A stretch of 64,000 bases of DNA from assembly GCF_009914755.1 (NCBI RefSeq), contig NC_060927.1; one strand, written 5' to 3'. The translations under genes were made by a program, and so were the position numbers. The notes beneath the pieces were generated by a model. That model was not told where the DNA came from and did no database searches. It was given only the letters and a program-made list of their open reading frames with translations. Every line of letters starts with the position of its first letter. Positions within the stretch are counted from its first letter, which is position 1. Of the stretch, positions 1-12,329 are shown one piece after another. Source of the DNA: the human T2T-CHM13v2.0 reference genome, Homo sapiens.

Positions 1-335
1 TTAAATACCTGTATTTTTAGAAGGAAACTTGATTCCATCATTGTCAATGGAAAACAATCTCACTTATCACAAATTGAAAGTGACAATAAACATATGGACA
101 ATGAAGTTGATGTCATCGCACTCTAACTTTTGACTGAGTCTGAAACTGGCTCTCAATTCCTTAAAAATGAAATTAGCAAGTGGTAGAGAAGAGCTGATGA
201 TATACAAGTCTCCAGCTGAAACTTTCTGCTGTCATAATCAGAGAACCACAAATAATTGAAAAGGAGACAACTTTCTAACGCTGCAATTCAGTGTATTTAA
301 TGTTGCGTTCAATCACTCACGGTTTATGTGATTCT
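1..335. mobile_element. hAT-Charlie DNA transposon fossil (Charlie4/Charlie4a-like), running off the window start
   Basis: 'gaaactttctgctgtcataatcagagaaccacaaataattgaaaaggagacaactttctaacgctgcaattcagtgtatttaatg' resembles the recalled Charlie4a 3' part and the copy at 46134-46523. Confidence 0.55.
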
Positions 336-892
336 CACTTTTAGGAGGTACTGGTATTGGTTAGGTCTTAGCAATGACCAGTAATGCTGTTTTTTAAAAA
401 GTGCTTTATAAATGAATTTTTTTCTGGTTGGAGAAGAAGAGTCTTGAATATTTGCAGGTGGAAGTCTGAGTTTCAGGAGTGCATGCCCTTGGTCACCTGA
501 TCCCAGCCCTGTGTGCTCAACTTCAGGGATAATGTCCTAGAGACCATGAGTCAACATCAGGCAAAAGCCATCCTGGGGTCCCATGGGACTCTCAGCGCCC
601 CCATAAGTGAGGACTTAGGGACAAATCCACCTAGACTCCTTAGCTTTGGTCTGCCGGGGGTGCAACACTGACCCTGTGACCCTGCCCCCGTCCCCAGGCC
701 CTCTGCTTTGATGGGAAAGACTGCCCAGGATAGAGTGTGCTGGATGAACTCATGTTCTTGTCATTAGGACTGTGAGTGGGTGAGCTGTGTCCCCAACAGG
801 CCAGGCAGCACTTGGAACACAATTTTCCCATGGAAACAATGTACTAAAGGGTGGTTAGGTTTTATGGCGTGATTGGTTCAGGATAGTAAACT

Positions 893-1540
893 TTCATTGA
901 GCACCTAATATGTTCCAGGCACTGTGCTGGGACTACAAAATGTGTAAAGCATTGTTTCAGGCTAAATGGAGTTCAGTCTCTTGGGAGATAAGAGCAGAGA
1001 GCAAATGAGCAGATGATGACAATTCAGTGTGATGGGTGCCAGGACTGAAGGAGGCAGAGTATGCTGTGGGGCCCCAGGGTGGGGACTGGCCAGGCCTGAG
1101 GGTGTCTAGAGGAGCTGCCTGTGAGGCTGAGTCTCCAGGCATGAGGAGGTGAAGAGCAGGGATGAAGGATAAAGGGCGTGCCTGGCAAGTAACCAGCCAA
1201 CAGAAGGGCAGAGGGTCACCCAGCATGGTGTGTGCTGAGATTCTACTGTCTGCCCTGTATTTCTGGAGCACCATGTGCTGTTAGGGGCGTGGGCTGAGTT
1301 GAGTATAGAGGAATAAGCAGAGATAGTTACGGAGGCCCCCAGAGCGTGATAAGAAGATGGTTTCTCAACCTTAGGCAGGGGAACCACTAAAGGGTTTTAG
1401 GCAAATTTACCTGTAAGAAAGCTGCCCTGACACTTGGGTGGTGGAGGGGAGGCAGCTAAGATGGGGTGTGGTGGAAAAAAAGACTAACTAGACCAACTAG
1501 AGAGCAGGGAGGAAGACTATCTAGGCAGGAGATGAGAAGG
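893..1540 (-). mobile_element. L2 LINE 3' fragment
   Basis: 'ttcattgagcacctaatatgttccaggcactgtgctgg' is the reverse complement of the L2 3' terminus, followed by typical degenerate L2 3' sequence. Confidence 0.7.
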
Positions 1541-1574
1541 TCCAGGGACCAGGGGGATTTTGAAACTCCCTGGA

Positions 1575-1676
1575 ATGCAAGCCCATAACAAGGACCTTGA
1601 TCTGTTTTGTTCAGACATATCCCAAATGCTTAGAATAGAGCCTGGTAAACAGTAAGTGATAAATACATATTTGTTG
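1575..1676 (+). mobile_element. L2 3' terminus
   Basis: 'cccaaatgcttagaatagagcctggtaaacagtaagtgataaatacatatttgttg' matches the L2 3'-end pattern. Confidence 0.7.
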
Positions 1677-2849
1677 CAGGAGAGGTCAGATTGAGGGGAG
1701 ATTTCAGGAGTGCAGCAGTTTGGAGATCAAACGCACATGTGATCTTCTGATCTGGATTCCTAACTCTCCCCTCTAGTAGACCTCCAGAGTTAAGAAAAAT
1801 TGTTACCCCTCACACAAAACAAACTCCTGACTCTGGATAGTCTTTTGGAATATGACTGCTGGCTGTTTGGTCTTGTCTGCAGTGTGACATCACAGCTGGG
1901 TGTCATCCCCAGGGGCCACCCTTGGGTCTTTTGTGGGACTCATGTTGGCCAGCCCAAGTTCCTGTTGCTTGGTCCTTATCAAAGACAGAACAATGCTTTG
2001 ACATCTTTTTATGTTCAGGACATGGCCCCCTCCAGCTACTTCTTAGATGACCCTATGATCCTGTGGCTCATACCCCTCGTTGGTGGTTGGCTTGTAATCC
2101 ATAAGTTGAGGACATCCAGGTGAAGGTCTCCTGGCCATCAGAACAGTGTTGGCTGTCACCGGCAGATGAATATGAGCAGCTATGCCATCAGAATCTGTGA
2201 TTAATAGACATAATCTCCACCAGAGCATTAATTTTGGGCATAATCAAAGCCTGCTGAATTATTTCAGTGTCAGACCTTGACAGAGAAGTCAGCCTGGGAT
2301 TAGCATTTTGATTTAAAGTTCAATGGGTAGTATTTATCTTTATTTCTGTCACCTATGAGTGATTGACTGTCTGTCCTGGAAAATAAAAACAAATGCTACT
2401 TCCTCAGTCAAGTGAACAGGGGGTAATTTAGAGGCGCACTCTCATGGTTGGCTGGACCTGTGGTGTAATGGGTTGGCAGTCTCTCTTTCTTGGCTTCCAC
2501 AAGGCATCTGGGAATCAGGTTCTCAATTCTGTCAGAGGCCAGGTAACTGCAGGAGTAGCTGTGTTAACATCTGAGCAGGTGTGTCACTCCTAATTGTAGT
2601 GCTTTAGCAGAGCTGTTGCCTGAGGTGAGAAATGCTGGCATGCACCATTGGAGGTGGTGGAAACTCCAGAGAAACAAGTTCCATCCCAGTGGGACTGGAG
2701 TCAGAACACTGGAGACCCCTTGCCTGCCTTGAGCTGGACAGCATTTAATGGTAGTAGATTCTGTATTCCAGCCCACGTGATTGCTACTTTCAGCCCTGTG
2801 GAGGGGTTGGTAGTGAGGAACACAGGCATATGCACATGTGAACATGACA

Positions 2850-3045
2850 TTTACTGATGTGGATGGTGCATCCAGGCATGGTGCCAGTGCCTTTACTTGC
2901 ATTGTTTTGAATCTTGACCACAACCCTGCTCCCCCAGTTATAGGTAAGGACCTGGAAGCCCAGAGAGGTGAAGTGATTTGCTTCAAGGCAAGTTAAAAAA
3001 GCAGGAGCCAAGATTCCAGCCCAGAGCAGTCTGGCTCCAAAGCCT
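2850..3045 (-). mobile_element. MIR SINE
   Basis: MIR core in reverse: 'cccagagaggtgaagtgatttgcttcaagg...agcagtctggctccaaagcc'. Confidence 0.75.
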
Positions 3046-5639
3046 ATTCCAGCATCTGATTTATCAAGCCAGGTGGGACATACATTGGAGTTGGCAGTGA
3101 GAGGAAAGACCCCTGATCCTTGAGGGTGTCTCTGTGAAGGGAATAGCCTGAGTGGGGAGGAGGAGGTCTGGGGAAGTGAGCAGAAAAGGGGTGTCAAGAT
3201 TTCTGGGGCTCCAAGGGCTCCATTCATTCTTGACCCCACATTGTCATTTCCTTCACCAGTACCCCAGGGCTCCTGTTTCCCTGCCCTGTGGGGTCCTTTG
3301 GTCATAGATTGGAGGCTTCAGGCATGGGAGCTCATTTGGTCCAAACATAGAAATGACTGGCACACTACCAAGAGTCAGCAAGCTTCTTCATAAATAAGGT
3401 TTTAGTGAAAGGCTGTATCACAGTCAGTAGTTTGTGCCTTCTGTGGACACTCCATTTGACGGCAGAAGTGAAGGCAAAGGGTATCTGGAGAGAGGGAGAG
3501 GATGGGCCCTCCCTCATGGAGAGCTATCCATGGGGCATCTGGCTGGGCACAGCCATCCAGTCCCATGAGGCCACAGTGGACACACTGAGCATCCCTTCAA
3601 GGCACAATTAGATTCCAGTATTCTCAGACTGATTTGACAGCAACAGTCAATGCAAGGCATGATTTAAACACCTATTATACTCAGTTTTCTCAATTAAAAA
3701 ATTAAGTTTAATAATGGATTTAAACTCCTTGTTTTCCATAAATCAGATGCAGTTTTTGCTTTAAAAGATGCATTTAAAGAATTGCTTAATTTTCTAGTTT
3801 TAATTTTGCACCTGAAAATATAGTAATCTTTTAGGAATTTAATGTATTAACGCAAATTGAAGCAGATATTTATAAATTAAGAGGCCAAACCATCTTCAAT
3901 GTAACAAGTATATATGACGTGATATATACTTTGGTGAAGTTTTAAAAACTACACTTCATTAGGTAAATAACGGATAACAGAAATAATAGACACTTAAATT
4001 ATTGTAACTGGTTAAAATCACATATTCATATATTATGAATATTTACATTCAACAGAAGCACATTTTAACAAATGCACTGTTAGTATTTTAGTTATAGATG
4101 TGATACACAGGCTCTATAAATTAACAACAAATACAAATCAGCTTAAATGTAATCAAGATAGGAAACTTAAGGTCTTTCATTATGCAGCTACTTTGACATT
4201 TACTTTCTTCTTCCTGTTAATTCATTGACCGGAAAAGAAATAGGAGCTCCCCTGCTTTTTTAATTCCCTAGTGATTAATCTGGAATAAGTTTGTCTAAAG
4301 AAAGGAGACGTTGTTTTTCTGTCAATAGAATAGACTACTATTATTGGTTTTCATTTTAATATTCTGATAAGTTTAGATAAGTGACTTTAGTTGACTTGGA
4401 TGACATTTTAAAATTATGCATCAGCAAATATCCATCTCTTAACATGTTCACTCTCAGCTTTGACACATGGAGTTGATATTGTAAAAGGATGATAGCTAGT
4501 CATTCATGCGGTTGGCTGCCAAGATGTCCCCTGCAGTTAAAGACTGATCCTCGCCCAGCTCTGGAGAATACGAGCAACCAGTGCATCAGGTGCATATTGG
4601 GACCTATTTGTAAATCTTCTCTTTAAAATATTAAAATAATCTAATCTTTTAAGCATTACATAACTAAAAGGTATACCCTCTATTCCATGATTTTATCTTG
4701 AAACTTCAGCTTATCTATTTGGTTACAAAAAAACAAGTTAATATTTTTTAAGTTGAAATTAATTTTAAACATGGATGTCTTAAAATCCAGTTTATTGTCA
4801 AAGAATCCTTGATTGTCATCCTGCTGGGTTCACATGGATGCAGAATTTGTTTCTAGAAACTCTAGGATAACCATCAGATGGTTCCCATTGAGTCCAGGAT
4901 GCTTTGCAAAATGCCCTTGTCTGTCCTGGGAGATGGCGGGGAGGGGGCAACTACACCTTGTTGGTGCAGGGAAGGGGTAGGGCTGGTGAGACTGGGTGCC
5001 CTCTGGGCTGCACCCTAGTAGGGAGAAGAAAGGCATACTTAGCTGGGGGCTTCTTTAGGCCTTGCTTTCTTGCTCATATCTAGAAAGGCATGGTTTGCCA
5101 AAAGAACGAAGTCCAAAAGAATGCTCTGCTCTGGCCCTCAGATATTGAACATCAGCCAATATGAGAGAGCTAGGTGTTTGGGGGCTATTTGGTGGAATTT
5201 TTAACAGTTTCTATGCAAGGAAAATTTAAAAAGAAGGTGAGGAGAATGAGTGGCCTCATTCATGCAATTTCTTTCAAGATGCACTCTAGATAAGCAGTCA
5301 TACCTCCTGTCTCTGACCCCAGAGCAGGCACTGGACATTACGTAGCCATAGAGAAAGAAGAGACAGTACCTGGATGGACCTTATGAATAGGCAGGGGGTG
5401 AGGGCAGGAGTATGAGAAGTGCAGAACAGGAGTGCTGCCTGGGTGGGCTCAGCTCCAGGATTATGTGGGAGGCTGTAGGGAATCATGGGTCTTGGGCCAT
5501 GCCCAAGCCCCCAACACACTCATGCCCCATGGATTGTCAGGCTTCTCATTGCATAGAAATGTAACAAGCCTTCTGAGATTCTGGTCTGGGTGCAGTTGTC
5601 ATCACCCAGAGGATCAGGCAGATGCAACAGAAAAAGATG

Positions 5640-5828
5640 TAAGATTCATGTTAGTTGAGGTCATGGGGGCCCTAAGAGATAATTTAATCTGTCATCCTCT
5701 TCTGCAGGAGTAGAAGGAACACTGAGGCACAGGAAAATTTGCTGATCTGGTCAAAGTCTCATGGTGTATTAGAAGCAGAGCCAAGAGGAAACCTTGGCTT
5801 CTTGATTTCCTGTTCTAGCATTTTCTCC
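5640..5828 (-). mobile_element. MIR/MIR3 SINE
   Basis: Reverse MIR core 'actgaggcacagg...ggtcaaagtctcatgg...agcagagccaag'. Confidence 0.6.
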
Positions 5829-6193
5829 CTTCACAGCTTCCCTGGGCTTATTTTGCCTCTTAGGACATCTCCCAAATGTCTTCCCCACGGATTCTCCTAA
5901 CAGTTTATACTAAAATTTTATCATCCTGTGGGTCAGTCACTTCTTCCTAGTATCTGTCATCTCTTATGCTCAAATTTAAAACCACATTCTCTCATGCTAT
6001 GCTCAAAATCATGGGAGAATAATTGCTTAGCACCCTTCTCTTAAAAAAATCCTTCACTTAATAGAATATTATAATCAATCACGTGTAGCCTTTATTGCTC
6101 TTTGAAAATTAATATCTGGAAAATAAATGGGTGTATCTGGATCTATTAATAAGACAAATCATGTCTTAAGTTTGGTGATGAGCTCAGAGCAGC

Positions 6194-6212
6194 CACCGCC
6201 ACCTGGTGGCAG
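6194..6212 (-). promoter_or_regulatory. CTCF-binding motif (near-palindromic)
   Basis: The minus strand reads TGCCACCAGGTGGCGG, a full match to the CTCF core CCASYAGRKGGCRS. The plus strand reads CCACCTGGTGGCAG (one mismatch). Binding is not shown. Confidence 0.65.
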
Positions 6213-6444
6213 TGTACCCTAATTACAAGAAAAGTAAATAAAGAGACTGCTTTCCAGAATGCAACTTTGGAGCTAGAAAATGGAGGCAAACCTTCTACCC
6301 CTAGGCAGATCCAAATAAAAGCATCAAGAACAAAATAATTAGAAGCAGTCTGTAACATGTTCAAGTAAATTATTTCTTTTCTACTATATATTCATTAATT
6401 CATCAATTAATATTCAGGTAAAAGAACAAATATTTGTACACGAC

Positions 6445-6630
6445 TGCCTACTATGTGCTAGGCATTGTATCAAGCGTTTTATATATGTTACCTCATTTGA
6501 TTCTCAATATACGACACAAAATATTGTTTCTATTTTACACATGCAGGGAAGTTAACAGGGAAATCCACATGGTCAGGATGTGAAAGCAACTGTTCAGGCC
6601 AAGGACCAGACTTGTCTTTCTTCCCTCACT
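6445..6630 (-). mobile_element. MIR SINE
   Basis: 'gcctactatgtgctaggcattgtatcaagcgttttatatatgttacctcatttgattctca' is the MIR 3' end in reverse. Confidence 0.7.
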
Positions 6631-7679
6631 GCCTCCTAATTCTGCAGAGTCCTAAGTGTGCATAGTAACTGTGCTCAGCAGACACATCCCTGCCCCTTAC
6701 CGTGCTTGTTACTGGCTGCTGCTTATTTCCATGTAGTTGTTAGATGACTAATCTGAGCTTCACCTGGACTTTTAGAGTCTGTTCCTTTGTTCCTTTGTTG
6801 TTGGAGGTTCTGGCTATGTTATCTTTCACTGCTGTGAGATGGTCATGGAAGAAAGCAAATCCTAGGGAGGGAAATTTGAGTTTGACAGGAGCTAAGCTGC
6901 CTCAGGTTAAAAGGCAGAGGGGTAGGCATGTCCTGAAAGCGCCTCTGCCCTTGGTCACCGAGAAGGCCCTGCTGTGCCATGCCTCAGGCACAGGACTGAG
7001 AGCGCCCAATTCTGCACCCCAGACTGAGTCATGACCTCCTGCCAGGCTGACTCTGACTGGAGTGAGAGAGGGGCAGTGCCCTGGGATAGGGTCTGGCATA
7101 AGACAGGACAGTGGTGAGTAATGGGGGATGGATCTCAGACACATGCTGAGTGTTTTCCAGGTCCCCTATTAGGAAGCCCAACTGCATAGATGATGGTACC
7201 TTTTTGGGTGGGGAGTGGAAAAGTTTCTAGGTGATTCTGCTGCATGCCCCAGAGGTACCATTTGTTTAATAAACAAGTGAAAGGCTGAATGTGACTTGAT
7301 GAGGATTTGCTCAGGATGGGCCAGGACTGAGACCCCCTAAAGGAGTCCCTGAGACCCTGGGGCATCCCACAATGAGGTCCTGGGACAGGAGTAGGGAGCT
7401 AGCATTTATTTATGGGGACACATTATTCCACTGCCTCCTGGTAAGAAATCTCTTTTTTTCTACACTCCCCTCCACTTGGCACCTCCGTTAGTGATCAACT
7501 TGTATTCCTCCTTGAATCAGCTATTTCTATGCATCCTTCTGTCTCCCCAGGCAGCACACATCACTATGGCACAGGGCCCAGGGCTTACTTCCTCTTTCCC
7601 CATAGTGCCTGGCCCAGGGCTTTGCCTGTAGTAGACAATGTTAATGTTTGTGGTTGACCTACAGAAGGTGCTCTAGACC

Positions 7680-7915
7680 CAGATGCCTACTGGGGGCCCA
7701 TAGGTTTCATAACCAGGTGAGGTTGCCTGGTGGGGACCCTGTGAATAGGTGAACTCCTGCCCCATCTAGATATATGGGCATTGCCTCATCTTCTGGATTT
7801 TCACTGGATAAAAATCCCCAATTTTTAAATGATGACAAAAATGCATTTTTTTTTCTTTTACAGCTCTGTATCGGCCAAATAAAATCAATCTGGCTCTCAG
7901 ATGCATTGGAAACTT
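7680..7915. mobile_element. Old hAT-Charlie fossil (MER103-like)
   Basis: 'cccaatttttaaatgatgac...tcggccaaataaaatcaatctgg' resembles the recalled MER103C; heavily diverged. Confidence 0.4.
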
Positions 7916-9059
7916 CAAATTAAAGCAGGACAAATAGCCTAAGTATGCCCTAATCCTTTAAAAATAGTTTCTCAGTGCCCATACCTAATTATATAGCTCT
8001 TGGCAATTGAACTGTCTTTCAAAGAAGTGAGTATGTAATAGCACCCACTTCATAAGAAAGAAAATTTTATGAAGTTGTTTGAGTCAGAACCACAATCCTA
8101 ATAAAATGTATTTTATGAAGTTGGTGAGAATGTTGCAATCTGGGTGCCGTTTTACAGAGCACAGAACTGGTACACATTGTAAATATGAGGTCTCTAACTG
8201 GCCCTCAGCCTCTCTTTTGGTGACAGGTGTGACAACTCCTCCCTTTAAGAGTTTCCTGGGAAGCTTCCAGCACAGGGTGGGATTTAGTGACCTGGCTGCG
8301 ATAACCCTCCAGCTCACTTCTGGATTGGCTCATCGCTGTTAACAGCAGTCTCCAGCCGGTCACTTAACAATGCAGGTGTTATTAAGAAGGGTGGGTTTTG
8401 CACCACAATGCCTGCCCTATCTTGGGACTTCTTCTGGGGTATGGGCCCCTTCCCTGGTTTCCCTCCTTCTCAGAGCCCCCTTCCTCAGCTACATCTACCC
8501 TTATTCCACCAGGAGAAGCTGTGTGTGTCAAGAAGTGGGCACTGAGTGATGCTGCTGTGGGACTGGTGGCTTCTACCACTTCCAGGGAGTTTTCCTGGTT
8601 TCCAGGAAAAGCTCTGATGTGGGTGGCAGGCAGTAGCCAGGACATCTCTAGAGCCTAGGTTAGATGCTCTGCCTGTCCCAGCCATGTTCAGACCCAGCCA
8701 GGAAGCCTTAGAGGAACAGGGCTTCCCATACCAGGGCCCTTGTTCAACCTGCTGCTCATGCTGCTGGTGTCACTGTTGTCCCTCAAAGGCTTATGTCCTG
8801 TCACTCTGTATGTGGGACAGGTGGGAGGTCTCCAGGTTGCTCACCACTGAACACTGCTGAGCTCAGGTATTTTGCTTTCTAGGGAGGCTTCACAAGGATG
8901 GAGGCAGTAGGATGAGAGATTCCTGAAAGGAGGCAGGGATGACTACATCATAAAAAGGTTTCCTCTATTTATTTCACTGATGTATTTGATTTAAAAGCTG
9001 ACTCTTTGGAGTGAACACCCTCTCACTCAAAAGAGCTGACTGAAACTATGAGAAGAGTG

Positions 9060-9230
9060 TGAATGTTGAATTAGGCTCACAATCATTTGAATCCTGCTTT
9101 GGCTTAACTCTCTGCATAACCTTAAGGAAACGTGTCCTCAGTTTCCCTCCCTGTAAAATAGGTTTAATAAAATATTCCTTTCCAGCCTAAATGAGGGAAC
9201 TTGGGGTGATTGGTATAGTGTCTGGCATAG
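9060..9230 (+). mobile_element. MIR SINE
   Basis: MIR core 'cctcagtttccctccctgtaaaatagg'. Confidence 0.6.
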
Positions 9231-9396
9231 TCTGGATTTAAATTCTCTTATTTCTTTATTCATAAGCGTTGTTTGCCACTTAATGATATTCCCCTTTGTT
9301 TTTTCCTGGCTGAACTCATTTCCAAAGAGTTTGAGAGCTGGGGAAAGGATAAAAGTAAGGGGACATCATAGACATCCCCACACATTGTTGCAGTGG

Positions 9397-9761
9397 TGCT
9401 GTAGTCTGATTGTGATCCCCCGAAATTCATATGCTTATGACTTAACCTCAAAGGTGATGGTAGTAATAGCTGGGGCCTTTGGGAGGTAGTTAAGTCAGTC
9501 ATGACAGTGGCCCCTTCATGAATGGGATTAGTACCTTATAAAAGAGACCCCAGAGAGCTAACTTGCTCCTTCCACCATATGAGGACACATGGAGAAGTTG
9601 CTGTCTATGAATCAGAAAGTGGGTCCTCACCAGTCTCCAAATCTGCTGGTGCCTTGATCTTGGACTTCTCAGCCTCGAGAACTGTGAGACATAAATTTCT
9701 GTTGTTTATAAGCTACCTATTCTATAGTATTTTGTTATAGCAGCCCAAACAGATAAAGACA
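9397..9761 (+). mobile_element. Solo MaLR LTR, MLT1A/MLT1A0
   Basis: TG...CA termini over 365 bp. Hallmark motifs 'gggattagtaccttataaaagag', 'gccttgatcttggacttctcagcctc...aactgtgagacataaatttctgttgtttataagc' and 'ttgttatagcagccc'. Confidence 0.92.
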
Positions 9762-9979
9762 GTTGGGCTCCTAGGAGACCTCCTTTACACCAGCCTCACC
9801 CCCTTCACTCTTCTGTGCTAATGCCATCAGAGCCCTGTTCATCCAGTACCTACTCCATCCTGGGCCTGTGCCATTCCAATGCCTGCAGTCAGAAGATCCT
9901 TCCTGAGGCACCCATTAGAAAAACTAATTCTTCTAATTAAAAACAAAACCCAAAATCCCTCTAAGTTCCCTTTAATTGG

Positions 9980-10250
9980 GTAAAACCCAGTCCTATTTCC
10001 TTAGCTTGGCTTTCCGTGGGCCTCCTTAGCTACCTACAACTGACTTTTCTAACCTTTTCTATCACCAAGTAAAGTAAGACAACTTGCTCTTCTTCAAACA
10101 TGTCTTTCCCATCTCCACACCTTTGATTGTTCAATTCTCTTTGCCTGGAGTGCTTTTCCCACTGTTTCCATCTTTTAATATCCCACACAGCTTTAATGAA
10201 TGGGACGGTTCAAGTGGCTTCTCCCCCATGAAGCATGTCCTTACCCCTCC
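9980..10250 (+). mobile_element. L2 fragment (upstream part of an L2 split by L1)
   Basis: 'ttcttcaaacatg...ctctttgcctggagtgcttttccc' is an L2 3' region motif; the L2 terminus follows at 12330-12460. Confidence 0.55.
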
Positions 10251-10259
10251 TTTGTGCTA

Positions 10260-12280
10260 TTAATGATGGATTTATTACACTGATATATGATATAAACTCA
10301 ACAATACGGTGTTATTAGTTTATATAATTGTATTACTTTTAAGGAAGTTAGAGAAGAATAGACTGTTCATATATTTACCATTTCCAGTGCTTTTCATTTT
10401 TTTTCCTGTGTTTTCAAGTTACCTTCTGGTGTCATTTCTTTTCATCTTGAATAACATTCTTTAGTATTTGTTTGTATTTTATGCAGATTTGCTGGTGACA
10501 AATTTTCTGGCTTTGGTTGTCTAGGAATGTTTTTATTTTTTCTTCATTTTTATAGGATAGTTTCACTGTGTATAGAATTCTTGGTTGATAGTTTGTTTCT
10601 TTTAGCACTTTGAATATCATTCCATTACCTTTGGGCCTCCATTGTTTCCGAAAAGAAGTCATATTAATCACATTGATGTTTCTCTGTATGTTATTTTCTT
10701 TTCTTTTGTGGCATTGAAAATGTTGTCTTTGTCTTTAAACATTTGACTATGATGTATCTAGTTGGGAATCTCCTCGTATTACCCTAGTTGGAGTTCATTG
10801 GGATTTTTGGACTTGTGCAGATTGATGTTTCTCATTAAATTTGAACTGTTTTAAACCATTATTTTTCAAATGTTTTTCTTTCCCCTTTTCTCTTTCCTAT
10901 CTGGAAGTTTTTTTATCACATGTATGTTGATGTGTTTGATGTTAATCAATGGATTTCTGAGGTTCTGTTGCCTTTTACTTTAATCTTCTTCTCTGTTCTT
11001 TGGACATGATAATTTCCATTGATCTATCTTCAAATTCATTGATTTTTTTTCTCTTCAATCTTGAATTTTCTGTTGAGCTCCTCTAGTGATTTTTTTATTT
11101 CAGTTATTGTTCTTTTCAACTCCATAATTTACATTTAGTTTTAAAAATAATTTCTGTCTTTTAAGAGATGATCTCTATTTTTCTGTTCCTTATTGTTATA
11201 CTTTCTCTAGTTATTTAAAAGTGGTTTTATTTAGGTTTTTGAGCATATTTATAAGAGCTACTTTGAAGTTTTTGTCTGCTGTATCTAATATCTGAGGGCT
11301 CATAGATAGTTTCTATTGATTGCTTTCTTTCTTGAGTATGAATTATGCTTTCTTGTTTCTTTGGATGTGTCATAATTTTCTGTTGAAAATGGGACATTTT
11401 AGATAATGTATTATAGCAACTCTGAGTGTTATTTTTTCCCCTGAATGATGATGTTGTTACTGGTTTGTTTGTTTGTTGGTTGAGTAACTTGCCTGGGCTA
11501 ATCTGTGAAATATGTCTTCTCTATGGTATATGACCACTTTTGTGTTGGTTCAGATTTTAGCTTTAATTTTTGTTTTTATTTTTATGTCTTGCTTCTTAGA
11601 GGTCTGTGTGGGTTAACGGTCTGCCAATGATTAGACAGAGGTTGTGTTCAAGCACCTTGAGCCTCAAGACTTGCATTCTCTGCCATTGGATCTGTGTGTA
11701 GGTAGGAAAGCACATTCAAAATTCAGGTCATTTTGAAGTCTGCTCTGGCTTTGGCTTTCCAGTGGGATCTTCCACCTGTTCTATAAGCAAGCGTAGCCTT
11801 AGGGCTGGCCAGGAGTGTGTGGCTATGTTGGCTCCTCTCTGGACTTAATTGGGTATGTGCACATCCTCAGCCAAGTATACACTTGCCCCAGTCATGCCAT
11901 GGTCTCACCTGCTGAGCACATCACTTCTACTGATACTGCTGCCGGATATGGCATAACCAACCACTCCAAATCAAGTGAGTTCCCTTTGACCCACAGCTTT
12001 GATGATCTTCATGTTGTTTCCTTCCCTAGCAGGACCTTCATATCAGCAGAGCTCAGGGGAGGGTGAGGAGGAGGGTGCTTTCCTAGGCAAGAATGCCACA
12101 GGTACCCACTATTCTTACTCAAACTCCCGTCTTTGATACATAAATACTTCTCAGATTGTTGAACATCTTTGGTTAATTTCCAGGATGCTGAGATGATTGT
12201 TTTTGTCATTTTTGCTCATTTCTGCTTTTTTCAAAGAGAGTTTGCCTGCCTCCTCCCTCTGCTCTAGCCACAAGTCTCTA
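10260..12280 (-). mobile_element. Old L1M (L1MD/L1M4-type) 5' portion: 5'UTR plus degenerate ORF1
   Basis: ORF 10432-10671(-) 'IFKVLKETNYQPRILYTVKLSYKNEEKIKTF' matches the L1 ORF1p C-terminal motif (IFKVLKEKNxQPRILYPAKLSFKNEGEIKTF). The T-rich plus strand is typical of antisense L1. Confidence 0.88.
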
Positions 12281-12329
12281 CCAGTTTGCATGTGTTTTGA
12301 TGTGACGGACTTTTCCTGGCTGTGGAGTC

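Noticed and set aside
4486-4551. C/D-box snoRNA-like arrangement (aggATGATAG…CTGAtcct)
   Set aside because: The C box deviates from RTGATGA at two positions, including the G that pairs with the D box. The terminal stem is only 4 bp and I recognise no rRNA guide.
3616-4830. NUMT or processed pseudogene as the explanation for the AT island
   Set aside because: There are no mitochondrial gene or tRNA motifs, no coding remnant, and no poly-A tail with a TSD.
8048-8123. Short repeated word ttttatgaagttg (twice) with a partial inverted copy; similar 9-15-bp duplications at ~17076, ~26857 and ~53980
   Set aside because: These are ordinary micro-duplications with only two copies and no spacer array, so they are not CRISPR-like.
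10432-10671. ORF with real protein similarity
   Set aside because: It is a decayed fragment of L1 ORF1p, not a host gene.
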